Below, one piece after another: positions 12,001 to 24,299 of a stretch of 58,474 nt of DNA; positions within the stretch are counted from its first letter, which is position 1, and each line of letters begins with the position of its first letter. The notes beneath the pieces are model-generated. The model was not told the origin of the DNA, did not search any database, and worked only from the letters and a program-made list of their open reading frames with translations. The stretch spans positions 1 through 58,474 of the forward strand of contig ADNK01000269.1 of the NCBI GenBank assembly GCA_000320545.1. Direction: 5' to 3'. The stretch comes from Bigelowiella natans CCMP2755. Taxonomy: Eukaryota; Protista; Cercozoa. The position numbers and the translations under genes were made by a program.

Positions 12001-13260
12001 TTTGCTAGAACGACTTCACTCGTCTCACAAAAATGCTTCGCGTCGTCGCCACATTGCTGCTTGTTGTCAGTCACACTGCTCCAAGCTAGTGTCCCATCAT
12101 CCCAATCCTGCTGGTCTTCACCAGTCAGTCCTCACCATGGCTAGTTCGAGGCACTGCGTTTCGTGCATTGTGAGTGTTTTGCCACACTTGCTTTGGGAAC
12201 GTTGTTTTTCATCGTTGTCTTGTTTGCCTCGTCTGCTTTGGGTGCCACGTCTTTGAATCGAAACAAAACGAAAACGAAATGCATTTTGGAGAAGTGCGAG
12301 AGCAACTTGTGAAACACAACTGCAACCCCATCAAAGTTGAAAAGAGAAGGAAATGCCTTCTGGCCTTCGTGCAAAGAGAAGAGTTGGTGGTTGCTGCTTT
12401 TTGCAACGACCTGCGCACCCATCCTGCGCCCTGCGCACACGCAGCGCAACACGCAGGGAACGTGAAAACTCAGTCGTTGTTGACCAAGCTAGCAAGGGGG
12501 ACTGAAGCGGACTCTTGGTGCTTGGATTGCTGGAAGTGTTCGAGAGGGCTGTGGCCGAAGAAAAAGGGGCGATCGACGAGAGGAACAGTGGGAGTGCGGT
12601 TCGATCAACGATGGAAACGAATGGGCAATGCATGCCGAATGCGCGTGATGCAAACAACCACCCGTTCTAGCGTTAGAAGACGGCAGCCAATCATGCAAGT
12701 CGCACAATGGTCTGATGGTACACATAGGTATAGTGTTGCTGTCACCGACTGCACTAGCTAGCTAGACCACTCGAGCGATTCATCTAGTCATCATGTACAT
12801 GAAGTGACGCGAAGTGTCGCATGTCTAGATGTGCTATGTCGGCACGCGTGCACACTGTGAATCAATGAGCCGCGCGTCCTGGCACGCGCATTGCCAGAAT
12901 GATGTGCGAATGATGCGTGCAATGATGCTTGCTAGCTTGGCGTGTCGCTTGCTCTCGATGGCGATCCATGCGCAAGCAGGCGCTTGCGCCTGCCACGATG
13001 CTTTTCTTCGCTGCATGGCCTGTTGGTCACGTGCGTGTGGTGCGATGGTCGTGCATGTATGGGCATGCAGGCTAGCAGGTGCACACACACACGATTGTTG
13101 CACACAGTTTTCATGCGTTGCGATCGATGCATGTCATAATGTATGGCATAGCTGCTAGCATGAATGACATTGCAGTGCACAATGCCAGCTAGAATGCATT
13201 GCCTCTTTTCATGTGCTGCACGTGCACACATATGACCATCATGCTTGGACAATTGTGATG
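12001..13260. other. TpA-depleted block containing a decayed dispersed repeat
   Basis: 12001-12670 has only 5 TA, all in CTAG. 12125-12220 is homologous to 34711-34820. Confidence 0.85.
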
Positions 13261-13444
13261 AGTCCACAGTACTGAAAAGCGTAAAAAGTACTGCGTTGTG
13301 TGCAGCACTACTGTGGATTAGGTTCAAAGAAGAAAGGTATCATGCAGTATCCCACCCACGAGGCAACTCAGAAATCATTGGTGTGAATCATGGTGTCATT
13401 TGATGAAGACTTTGACACGATAATTTGCAGAGAAATTCCACGCT

Positions 13445-15317
13445 TCAATGAGCTAGAAGTTGTCCCTGATCGTCATTGTTTAGTTTTGCTCCTGATCTCA
13501 GTGATGCTTCGTAAAGCTCCTCAAGGCAGACTCCGATGTTGAATGGTAAAAATGCGTCGTGGGAATTATTCACACTCGCGCTGCAAGATTGATTTGAATT
13601 TACAAAAAGAGCAACAGACTTTTGTGTACGATCGTTGCTCCATTCTTCAGCAAATTTATCCACAATTTGAGAGCGTATAAAATTGTTTTCCCCTGACGTA
13701 GTTCCTCCATTAGCTTCAGGGGAGTGCTTTCCGTTGACAGTCAGATTTACTTGATTGAGATATAAGTCCATGTGTGGAGTTTCTGTCTGATTTAGTAGGA
13801 GAAATTGTGAAGAAATCCATCCCAGAAAGACACCAAAATCACATTACCAACTGGAAGGCCTCAAAATCTTGATTAATGAGTTCCTGGAAAAGGTCCTCAG
13901 TGCGTATTATTTTGTTTCCGCGTAAGTCAGAAAGGGTCAAATAAGGCACCTAATTTACACAGCAGGATATCATCCCAGTGCAAGAAACTTACGTTTGCCT
14001 ACCTTTAGAGTAGCTCCCATCGATGATCTGTACATGCAGCTTTGTGAGGACGTGCTTTTGTTTAGAACATATTGTGAGCATTACCTTGCAGCTTTACGAC
14101 ATAGTGGGTCGTTCATGCCCTTCAGAAATTGAGACGATAAGGTTTATGTATTTCCAGTTGGATATATTGCACTGACCGTTAGAATAACTCCGGAAATGCC
14201 ATAGGCCAGAGCGTTTCGAAATATCAAACCTATCTGTGCAGCATTCTTATCCATCGATGCAGAATATTCATTGCTAAATACCTTTTGTGTACCTGTTCAT
14301 CTTGGAAGTATCCGTTGAGCACAAGTACAACTTTTCTATCACGAACTACTGCACCTCTGGGAGCTGAATGTCTTTCGGAGTAAGAGCTTATTCCCCTTGA
14401 GCAGCATGGGATTAGGTTTCTGGTGATATATTGAGAGTTGATATATCGATGATCGTGATGATAAGCGATTATCCTTTCATTGTTGCTGGGATAAGAAGGT
14501 ATTTTTAGGAGATAATCCGAGAGAGACTGCCACTTCTTATTGCGGCGGCGAACTAAAGCCATGATACGTAGGTGGTGACCTTTGAATGGGAACCCTGGAA
14601 AATATGCTAAGATGAGAGTAATGGATTGTCGCCGATGAATCTACTTACCTGCAAGTTTGGTCATCTCTGGTGCAGATTGAATCTGAAGTCTCCGAACAGT
14701 ATTTCTCCAACCGGGAGGAAAATTGGGGTTCGTATTGAGCGATTCTATGGAGCTATTTGTCACACACACGAAGACAGACATCCGCATTACATGAACCAAA
14801 GTACTTTGAATTGCTTTGAAGGGCCGTTCATTGAAGATTTCATACAGACCTGTTTGTGGCTGCAAGGTACTCAACTTCAATGTCAGATAGATCCCATGTG
14901 GAGAACTAATTTTCCATCAGAACCGAGACGTTGAGAAACGATATGTAACATTTTAGCTCCTTACTTAGAAGTGGAAATTGTGAGGGGAACCGTCAATATG
15001 ACGATACAAGTCATCAATTTGCTCAGAATCATTGGGGTTTAATTCTTTTTACCAATCTCTCCAAAACCATCTTGGAATTTGCAGCGAATAAGCCCATCTT
15101 GGCCAGCTCTGTGTCACTCGCCCTGAAAAGGGATGCAGACTCTGCGATTTCAAAAGCAACATTTTGATTAATTTCCAACTGGATAGATGATGCATTTCAA
15201 AAGCTCTAAATTGATTCCATCACGTGCACCTGGTTCTCTCCCCTGGAACAGCCACCTTAACGTAAGTAGGACTAGAAGGCGCCCACTCCGTCCCGTACGT
15301 GCGAGAGAAACGCGCAT
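13445..15317 (-). CDS. SpoU/TrmH-family RNA 2'-O-methyltransferase-like protein (multi-exon, start uncertain)
   Basis: Exon translations KVVLVLNGYFQDEQ / GLIFRNALAYGISGVIL / DPLCRKAAR / LPFNIGVCLEELY follow the order of the SPOUT motifs, and GT-AG introns are visible. Confidence 0.6.
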
Positions 15318-15787
15318 TTAAAATGAGGTTACCTAGATTGGTCTCATCACATCGGAAGGTCGTTCAGACGGAACCCATTGCTGGCTAGAATCCTATGAAT
15401 AATTTCGATATTTTCGGCTTAATTTTTTACAAGAAGAAGGACATCCAAGATCATACATGTGTTCGATAGTTTCTGTTTAAATTTTTGCCAGGATGGGAGG
15501 TAGCCCATCATCAAGAGTGCCAAAACGACAAAGCGGCGGGATTTAGGGTAAAATGTAGCTTGCACCAATCTGGATTGAGAATGGAGAATTCCCTTATAAA
15601 AAGAGCCACGTCTCCCTCTTTTTTATAACCAGGAATCTAGGCGTAGAGCACAAATTACATGGAATTTGGTCTCTGCGACTTGCATATAATGCTGGAACGT
15701 TTTCGATTTCTTCCCGTGTCGATAGAAAAAAGGCTATTCCAGTGAAAATTGGCCTCCTTTTTCGCTTTGGGGAGCGGCAGCATTGGA

Positions 15788-16845
15788 ATGGCTGTTGGCT
15801 TGCCCGTCGACACTCAGATTACCACAACTATCCGCACTCCCAAAATGTCCCACAAACCGCTTCTGACTTCTAAACCTAGAAGATCAATGCTTGCATGCAC
15901 AGCTCTCTTGTTCAGCATAGCGTGTTTGGCATTTCTTACGACGCAAAATGGCCAGATGGGTTCGTAAGCTCCTTGCCACGTAGACATCCTCTTATGAATA
16001 ATTTGTTATGATTTGGCATGAGATGTTCAGGGTTTACAAAAAGTTTCAATAATTTGACTCAATAATATTGCAGTCTCATCGCCTATCGTGAACACGAGGA
16101 TCTCAAAGGCAAGAACACCCCTGCCAATGAAATTGGTGAAGATTGAACTAATATTGTTTACATTCTCACTTATCAATAGAATATGATTGAATTTAATCCT
16201 AAAAAAAAAAAACCAATAAATCATATAACATAAATATTTACAATCATGAAGGCGCGAAGAAGCAGTCTTTCTGTTGATCGTGGATTAAAAGCATGTGCTG
16301 AGGGAGAAGACGATTTCGAGCGCCGTCTCCAGGCAGTTCAGTCAGCAGGTCGTAGAATGCCAAAAGAGGGAGATTTTTCAGGAGAGAAATTGGAGAAGCC
16401 AAAGCAGAAAAGCAGCAATTCATATCAGAAAAAGGAATATGACTTCTCGGATGAGAAAATATACTACGAGGGCCCTCCCCATAGGGGCGACGCAATTGTA
16501 AACACCGCCCTTGGATTCTCACTTGTATGGCTACCCCTGACCGTAGCTTCACTCACAAGGGCTGCATCTATTAAGTATGTAATTTCCGACAAACGTGTCT
16601 CTGTCATCACGAAGGCGCCGTGGGACAGCGAAGAAACTAGGGTTGACGCCCCTTTCGACCAAATCAAGAAAGTTCAGAGTGTGGGCCGAGGAATCGGTCT
16701 TTGGGGCGACATGGCGGTTACAACGTTGGACAACAATGTGTTAGAGTTCCGATCTCTTGATAACTTCAGAGAAATTGAAAAATACGTTGAGAAATTGATC
16801 CCTCAAAAGGAGGATGACTTCGAAGAGGATTATCAGACGTACTAA
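15788..16845 (+). CDS. plastid-targeted cyanobacterial-type bacterial PH (bPH_2) domain membrane protein
   Basis: YYEGPPHRGD...LPLTVASLTRA..KYVISDKRVSV...RGIGLWGDM...LEFRSL matches the conserved cyanobacterial/plastid PH family. An upstream exon encodes a hydrophobic signal peptide. Confidence 0.8.
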
Positions 16846-17038
16846 TAATGCGTCTGGTTGATAATCTTAGATCACTGTATTCGTGGCTTTATGAACTAAA
16901 CTAGCACAAATGACCATACATGTCCAAAGTAGAATGTGTAAGACTCGGATGCTTTGTCATTCTTCACTTTCTAAGCTCTCCGCTTGTTTAAAGCCTGGCT
17001 AGCATCGCACATGATCGTTCAAATTAGGAAGAACATTT

Positions 17039-17040
<2 letters not shown>

Positions 17041-17118
<78 letters not shown>
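17041..17118. repeat. compound microsatellite (TA)n(GA)n
   Basis: Directly visible. Similar (TA)n, (GA)n and (CA)n tracts recur in introns near 20469, 27413, 41808, 43055, 45722, 51187, 54550, 56353 and 57055. Confidence 0.95.
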
Positions 17119-17121
<3 letters not shown>

Positions 17122-18089
17122 CTGACAATTGTTGTAATTATGTTCCTATACTATGCCATAAGATCTACGTTACGTGGTAGCGCAAAACTTTAGACAGTGC
17201 GTACAATGACCGTGGCAGCTACAGAAACAAAATATGTTCACGCTTAAGGAATAGCCACAAGTTGTAATATGTAAAAATATGCCCCTATAGTATGAACAAG
17301 CCTTGCTACTGCTTCAATATAATATAGAGACATAAAGTCTATATAGCGTACCGGGTTTTCGGCACATATGTTACCTTAACACATATGTGCTCAAAACTAC
17401 ATATGTTCGCACGTGCGTACGCTATAGAGACATAAGGTCTATGTAATAATATATTCTAGTCCAGCGTACGTTGTTACCTATATAGATACCAATTTATTAT
17501 GGCAGCAGTATCAGTGTGCATGTGCGATCGTATCATGTAGCATACAATTTACATTTCTATGCAATATTTATTATATATAATAGCTACAAGTATGTATGCT
17601 ATATATTTGGAATTTAAACTAGCTCTCTCTGTATAACCTCTCACATTACTTTGTAACTTGCACGTCTAACAAGAATAACTCTATATAACTATTATCTCTG
17701 AGCATGACTACAGACAGCTCGCAGGCATTGCGCTATCTGCAACAATGTCATTTTAAAAAATCTAACTATTAACTATTTATAACATCTGTCTCATAACAAT
17801 GCTATATGGCATCACAATGAAATGTAATTTAACGTCTTATGCAGCTAGCTCGAGCTACATGTATTCGCCTACTCACGCTGTAAATAGATATATGACAAGT
17901 GCCGGATGCGCAGCTCCACGCGCATAGCCACGCCTGCGACTAGCGTGATGCCACATTCGCTCATAGCTTACAATTAACATGACTACATTATAAATTGAAG
18001 TGCTGCACTATCTGTCGCGTTGTTATCGATGGAAGGCAGAGGCGTGCATCTTCCCTTTCCTATATACCGTGATTTGATCTCGGTGCTAG

Positions 18090-19691
18090 TCAGCGTTGCA
18101 GATTTGTCTCCTGCTTCAATTCTATTTCACTCCCCCCCCCCCCTTCGAAGTTAATCCAACCCATGCTTTCCATTGCACTCACGTATTCGGGTGCACGTTT
18201 GAACCCGTGACTGCGACCTAGCCTTAGAGCCATCTCAGACACCTCGTATGAGTAGCTGCTGGCAGAAGTGGGGCCTTGCTGCTCCTCCTCTTTTGATTCA
18301 GCCGATGATTCTTGTGCTGAAATCTTAGTACTAGCACCACCAACGTTGCAGAAAGTGTTGTTATTGTTACTGGTTGGCTCGATCGTATCTCGCTCGGGGC
18401 CCTGGTTATCCTCCTCCTTCTCTATCTCAGCTTTTCCGTCTCCACCGACATCGATTTCACAGTCGTTAGCTTTGGTGATAACCCAACAGCTGAATCTCGG
18501 GGGAAGACCGACCCGGGGTATGATGTCGATTCTCTTCTTCACTTGCAGTAGAGCGTGTTTTGCTACTGCAGTCTCCACAGCCTCTGCACTTTCCCGGTGC
18601 GCAGCCTCTACCATAACAAAAACACCACCTGGAGCGAGAAGACTTTCAGCTGCATCGACATAATCCACCGCAGCACCTCGTGTGGGAATCCGGCAGCGGA
18701 TTTTCTGTGCGTGGTTTGCGCTTGCTGGAAACTTTTCCTTTGCAAAGTAAGGTGGTGTTCCTGTGACTAGATCGTAGGGCGCACGTCCGCCCCCATCCCA
18801 ACTTCGTAGATCTTGATTGGCCACACGTACTGCATCCTTCTCCTCGCTTCCGTCAGAACCGAGATTCCAGAGCAGGCCGCGCTGTAGAAGGTTGAACGAC
18901 ACCTTTTGTGCTTCCACACCAAACGAGAGGACTGACCCTGGGAAAGCCCATGCCAGAGTCATTAACACACTGCCGCAGCCACAGCCGATGTCAGCATGAC
19001 GGAATTTCTTTATCTTTGACGACGAAGGGCATAATATTGGGGTTTGGCCGAAGGCAGGACCGCCGTATCCACGATCGCGCATTTCTACGGACACACACAA
19101 ATTTCCATCTCATCAAACGTTAAGCTTCATCTTCTACCTAACATTGTTTTTATTGCTGCTGTTGTTACCTCTAGCTGCCACCCAGGCGCATATGAAGTCG
19201 TCAACCGTGAGCTTGTGGCCAGCCGCGAGTTGAAAAATACGCCAGTTCCCGCAACCAAGATTTCCCAGAATTTCGCCTTTCCCAACCAGATCTACAGAGG
19301 GGAGTACTAGCCCTTTGTCGCCACTTCCATGCGCTGGAGGACCGGGGAACCTAGTTCGTCGCAGTTTTTTTACAACTCCGGGCCTATCTGCATCATTTAA
19401 CGCTCGTTTTGACGGGCGCCTCGTTCCAGTTCCAGAGCAGACCCCGCATATCTAATATAACAATGAGGTATAAGTGCATCCGCACGTGTAGAGGGGAGAG
19501 AAACGGAAGTTGTTCGGACAGTTTACCGCTCCGTCGTAGCGTTTCGTCTTCTTGTTATATTTCCGCTTGTTCCCTAGGCACTTCCAGCACTTCAGGCCTC
19601 CCATCGATCCCCCGGACTCCACGTCGTCCCCCTCCTTCTCCTCATTTCTATTCTTATCAATGTGGTCTGCACGTGTCGTGCTCATAATCAC
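18090..19691 (-). CDS. tRNA1(Val) A37 N6-methyltransferase (TrmN6/YfiC)-like protein with N-terminal Cys-rich finger (multi-exon)
   Basis: SAM motif HADIGCGCGSV and motif IV DLVTGTPPYF. Upstream exons give WRIFQLAAGHKLTVDD and CWKC...CGVCSGTG. Confidence 0.8.
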
Positions 19692-19844
19692 ATCACTTTC
19701 GGGGGGAGAGGGGTTGGTTGTCGTAGTATGTGTTCATTTGAGCGACAATAAAATTACCTTGTCGCATGGTAAAAATACCACATATTTCATACATTTCCCA
19801 AGGTCTCCTACCTAAGGTGTCAGAACCTCTCTCCTCTCTCCGAC

Positions 19845-20464
19845 ATGGAGGCTCCTCGAGGACAAACTGTGCTCGATGTCCTCAACCAGCTCCTTGGAGA
19901 TGTGCGTGAATAACACCATCTTACAGACACAAATTTACCGTTGACATTAAGAAGAGAGTTTTATTTACATTATTTTTATCCCATCGAATCATCGATGTGT
20001 GCAGCAAACTGGTGAAGATAGTGAGGATGTGACGCCATTGGCGCTCAGCAAGCAAGACATGGCCGCCAGAATTTTACGAGAATGCTCCAACTTTCATAAG
20101 ACAAGGTATCATGGATTTTACCGAGTTTCGAAAGATAAAGCAAATAAAGAATTAATGCGAAAGCAACAATAACTTGGAGTTTTTATGCAGGCCATATATT
20201 CGCCCTGGAGTTGACATTTCTGGTATCCGCTCTCTTGATCGAATTATTGCATTGTGTATTTTGGAGACCGCTACTCGTATTGTGTAGTTGGAAGATTGCT
20301 GGCGCGATGTGCAACGAACGTGCCATCACACATCAGCAATCAGTACTTCACTCAGATAATAACTCACCAAATTTATTGCGTGGCAATTTTTTAGGTTTTA
20401 CAAAGCACTTTTGCTCATCCAAAAAGTACCAAGATATAGCTTATGGCTGGTATATTACTGACAG

Positions 20465-20506
<42 letters not shown>

Positions 20507-23192
20507 AATATTTTTTTTATATATTGCTGCTGCTGCTGCCTAATTGTATTACTTGGAACTACTACTTTCGCCGCTGATCAATGGAAAAGCAGCATTTGTT
20601 TTTTAACGTGGAAAGAATAATTCTCTCTTTTCTTCTCTTACATATTGGTACATCGTCACACAAGCCGCGCGCACACATACTCGCACAAAACCAGGATAGA
20701 TACCCGTGCTGCTGTTTTAATCTTACCTCGACCCTTGTGCAGGTCTCTAAGCTTCAATCGAAACTTTTTCGCAGAGCTGTGCTACGATGTAAGTTATCAA
20801 CCTTTTTTATGCCTTTGGAGTTCCAAGAAGGGTCTGTTTTGGTGTGCTATATACGCATTTATTTTGCCATGCTGCATTTGCTGATGACAGTGATAATGAC
20901 CAATCGGTGTGGTAATTTCAGGGCTGGTTGTCGATATGTAGCTATCCTTCCGGTGCTGCCTATGTGCTGATGCCCTGGATTGATCCCGAACGATGTAATC
21001 TCTCCCTCAGAACAACATAGAATGCAGATCTAATGTCTTCCAATAGAATTTTTCTTCCCCATTCTCTGCTTTTAGTCTGTGATCGATGGCATGTGTAGCT
21101 TACGGCTTCTCTTCGATACCTTTCTTTTCGCATTTTCTCATTTGCGTTCTTTGTGTGAAGGTGTAATGGATTATAGAAACATACATATATCGAAGAAGGT
21201 CGTTAAGCGCAGCAAGCGGTGAGTGTGACAATGCATGCAAACACCAAGTTTCACTGTTTTTCCATTTGTAACTACTAATACGGGTTAAGACGGGCTTGCC
21301 ATCCGAGTGAATGACGGCGATGCTAAAGGAAATCCGCAAATCAATCGATCGCTTACTTCCTTTGTGTAGTACTCGTTCGGCGCGCTGAATTAAAAAAATC
21401 TTGATATTTATGGGCCCCTGCTGCATGAGCTCAATCACAGGGGTTTCAGAGACAGCGCGACAACATAATTAGATAACAACCCATAATACTATCCTACCGC
21501 GAAAGTGCCCTTGCTGCATACTCGCAGGGCGTTCTTCGTTTGACTGAATAGGGAGAGAGTTGGAAAGATATCCTCCTCTTTCGTCTTCTTCTTCACTGTC
21601 TGTTGTAACAGCGATGGTGGAAGTTATGGTGTTGGTTGTAACCAGATATAATGATGAGCTTTTATACTCGTTTTACGTGTGTCTTGTGTTATTTCTCTAT
21701 ATGCGTGTGTGCGTTTGCGTGCTGGTAAGGTATGTACTGTCGGTAAACAAGGCCTTTGATCAGGTACTAATTTCACTGAATGAGAACAAGAGCGTGACGA
21801 TTATGATGATGATGGTGGTGATGATAAACAGGTAGTGCGCAAATGCATAGAGCAGCATGGAGAAAGTTGGTTGTACAAGCCGATGGTGCGGTTACTCAAG
21901 GTAGAACCCAGTACAAGCACTGAAAGTAGCACTAATAGTGGTAGTAATAGCAGAAAGAGGAGGAGGAGGAGGAGGAGGAGGAGGAGGAGGATAAGGAAGA
22001 GTAGGGAGTTGTTGTCTTAGTTAGATTATATACGATTGATTATGACTAGCCCCGGGTTGACGTTGTAGTTGGAAAGGTTTATTTGTTTTCATAAGTCGCT
22101 GTCTCTTCCTCTACTCATCTAGTTTGCGTAGTTGATCAATGTTTTGTCGTTGCTGTCATTGCTGTCGTGCGTGTGCCCCCTCTATTGTGATGTTCGATAC
22201 GCCAAAGGGGTTAAACCGTGATGGATATCCTTCCGTATCATCATCATCTTCATCGTCGTCATCGCCCTCAACTTCTAGTAGCTGGAACAACGAGGGGAAT
22301 GCTAGAAAGCAGCAGCATTCTGCTTCGTTCAAATTCGGTGTTCACTCGATAGAGATGTGGGATGTGAGCGCTGCGAGCGGTGATGATGAAAAGAAGGTGT
22401 TGGTGGCGGGAGATATCGGATACACAGTCGGAGGATGTTACACTTCAATGACTGGTTTTAGAGCACCAGGCACAGCAGGGGCTGGGACTGCACAGCTTGT
22501 TGCCACAGGAGCACTTTTACGGAATCTCGGATTTAGCTTCTGGGACCTTGGAATGGTGTGCGAAATGACCACGTTGACCGCCATTAATATGATAATAATT
22601 CCAGTATTTTATCAATTTCACATCCCCCCCTCCTCCTCCTCCTCCCCTCCTCCCTTGTGTTGTGTGTGCTGTTTTCCCGTACTTGATCCGATTAAATGTT
22701 CTGTCTATATATGTGTTGTGTTGCCAATAAAGGTGTTAAAATATAAGACTGAACTGGGGGGCGTAACGCATTCTCGGGAAGACTTCATCAAGAGGCACCT
22801 ATAGATTTACTATGTTTCCCCTGCTATAGCTTTTCCCTATATATCTCCCCCGTTGGTTTTGATGCTATATATGATGTTGAAGAACCACCAATTTGGAATC
22901 TTCTCTTCTAAAAATAAAGCTCCACGAACATCACACGAATGACCATACCGCAAATCATTGGAGTAGGAGCGCACTTTGGGGAAAAACTGATGATTAGTCG
23001 TACGAACGGCTGTGAAGTTATGGCTGTGAGAAGCAGATCATATTCTGCCTGTTATGTTGTTGATGAAAATATACATTACATCTATTCGAGCCTTCATTTA
23101 TTCCTACCTGCTGCTCTATCATAACTATATACAGATTCCACTCGGTCAGAGACGACTCGAAAGTCAAGCTTGAGCTATCAACCTTTACCCCC

Positions 23193-23229
<37 letters not shown>

Positions 23230-23584
23230 GTACACTTTATCTATAGTTGTTCTACAAGTCATTGACACTGATACTGCTATCTCTTTCTTTATTTCTGCTG
23301 CAGTCCAACCGCTGATTCGAGGTCTGAGAGATTATCAAAAAGCGCTACGTGCTACTACAACCTCTTGCAATAACCGCACGCAGCAACCAATTAGTGATCC
23401 CAAAAGTAAAAATAGTAATAGTAGTAGTAGTAGTAGTAGCAATAGTGTTAAGACTACAATTAGTAGTAGCTGTAGTAATGGTGGTGGTACAGCTACCGTT
23501 GAATGGCCTAATAAGATGGAGAAGGAGAAGGCGAAAAATGTTATCAAAGTGGGAGAAATCAGTATGGAGACGAAGCGGTGCTGA
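19845..23584 (+). CDS. leucyl/phenylalanyl-tRNA-protein transferase family protein (multi-exon)
   Basis: Exon translations [23 protein letters not shown] and VHSIEMWD...[20 protein letters not shown]...GTAQL...WDLGM..YK are diagnostic of the Aat/ATEL family. Confidence 0.82.
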
Positions 23585-24299
23585 TCATCACGACGCTAGA
23601 TGCATCTAGACATAGAAATGATCAAATAGTAAGCGTAGGTAACAGTTGAGTCAGCATGCTACCTACTAGCTACATAGTAGCCATTGCCATGCATGGATGT
23701 CCGTGCCCATAGATAGAATATGTGCTGTGCTATGATGATGCAAGTTGACCAGAACGATCGATCGATTACTCATGCATAACTGCATATGCAGATGGTCAAA
23801 CCTAGCAGACACGTGCGAGGACACGGTCGAATCATGAACAATGCCTAGAATCTTTTATCCAACATTCTGATGACAGCCACGATACACAATAATGCTATAA
23901 TGCTATGCTATATAGGTCAGCAGACATGCTGGGCTAGTAGTCTAGTGGTCTTGTAGTAGTACGTACGTGCACGTTGCACTCTAGCTAGCTAGCACTCCTG
24001 CATGCATGTGCCGCAAAAGCACGCGCTTGGAACGCTTGGTGCGCATGACTTGTCTCATGTTCAATCCTACGTACGCAAAAATTAACTGCGCAAGCAAACG
24101 AACGTGCCGTACGCGTACCGATACGATGACGCTCGAGCTGTACGTTACTAGAGTCTCATCCCCAGGGGTAGTTGTGCATCATCAACAAACGTATATAATG
24201 TACAGGCCTTTCGTAAAGTGACATTCTAGCAAGCATACATTATTGTGAAGAAGATGTGCCAGCGTCATAGGATACTGAGTTAGTTCACCGATTGCAACT

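Noticed and set aside
12141-13327. Many overlapping 70-195 aa ORFs here and at 32025-33147 and 40624-41426
   Set aside because: Artefacts of TAA/TAG loss. They are Cys/His/Ala-rich, nearly Tyr-free, open in several frames at once and have no recognisable domains.
18090-19691. N6-adenine methyltransferase as the enzyme behind TpA loss
   Set aside because: Its motifs fit the tRNA methyltransferase family, and proximity in a eukaryotic genome is not evidence of function.
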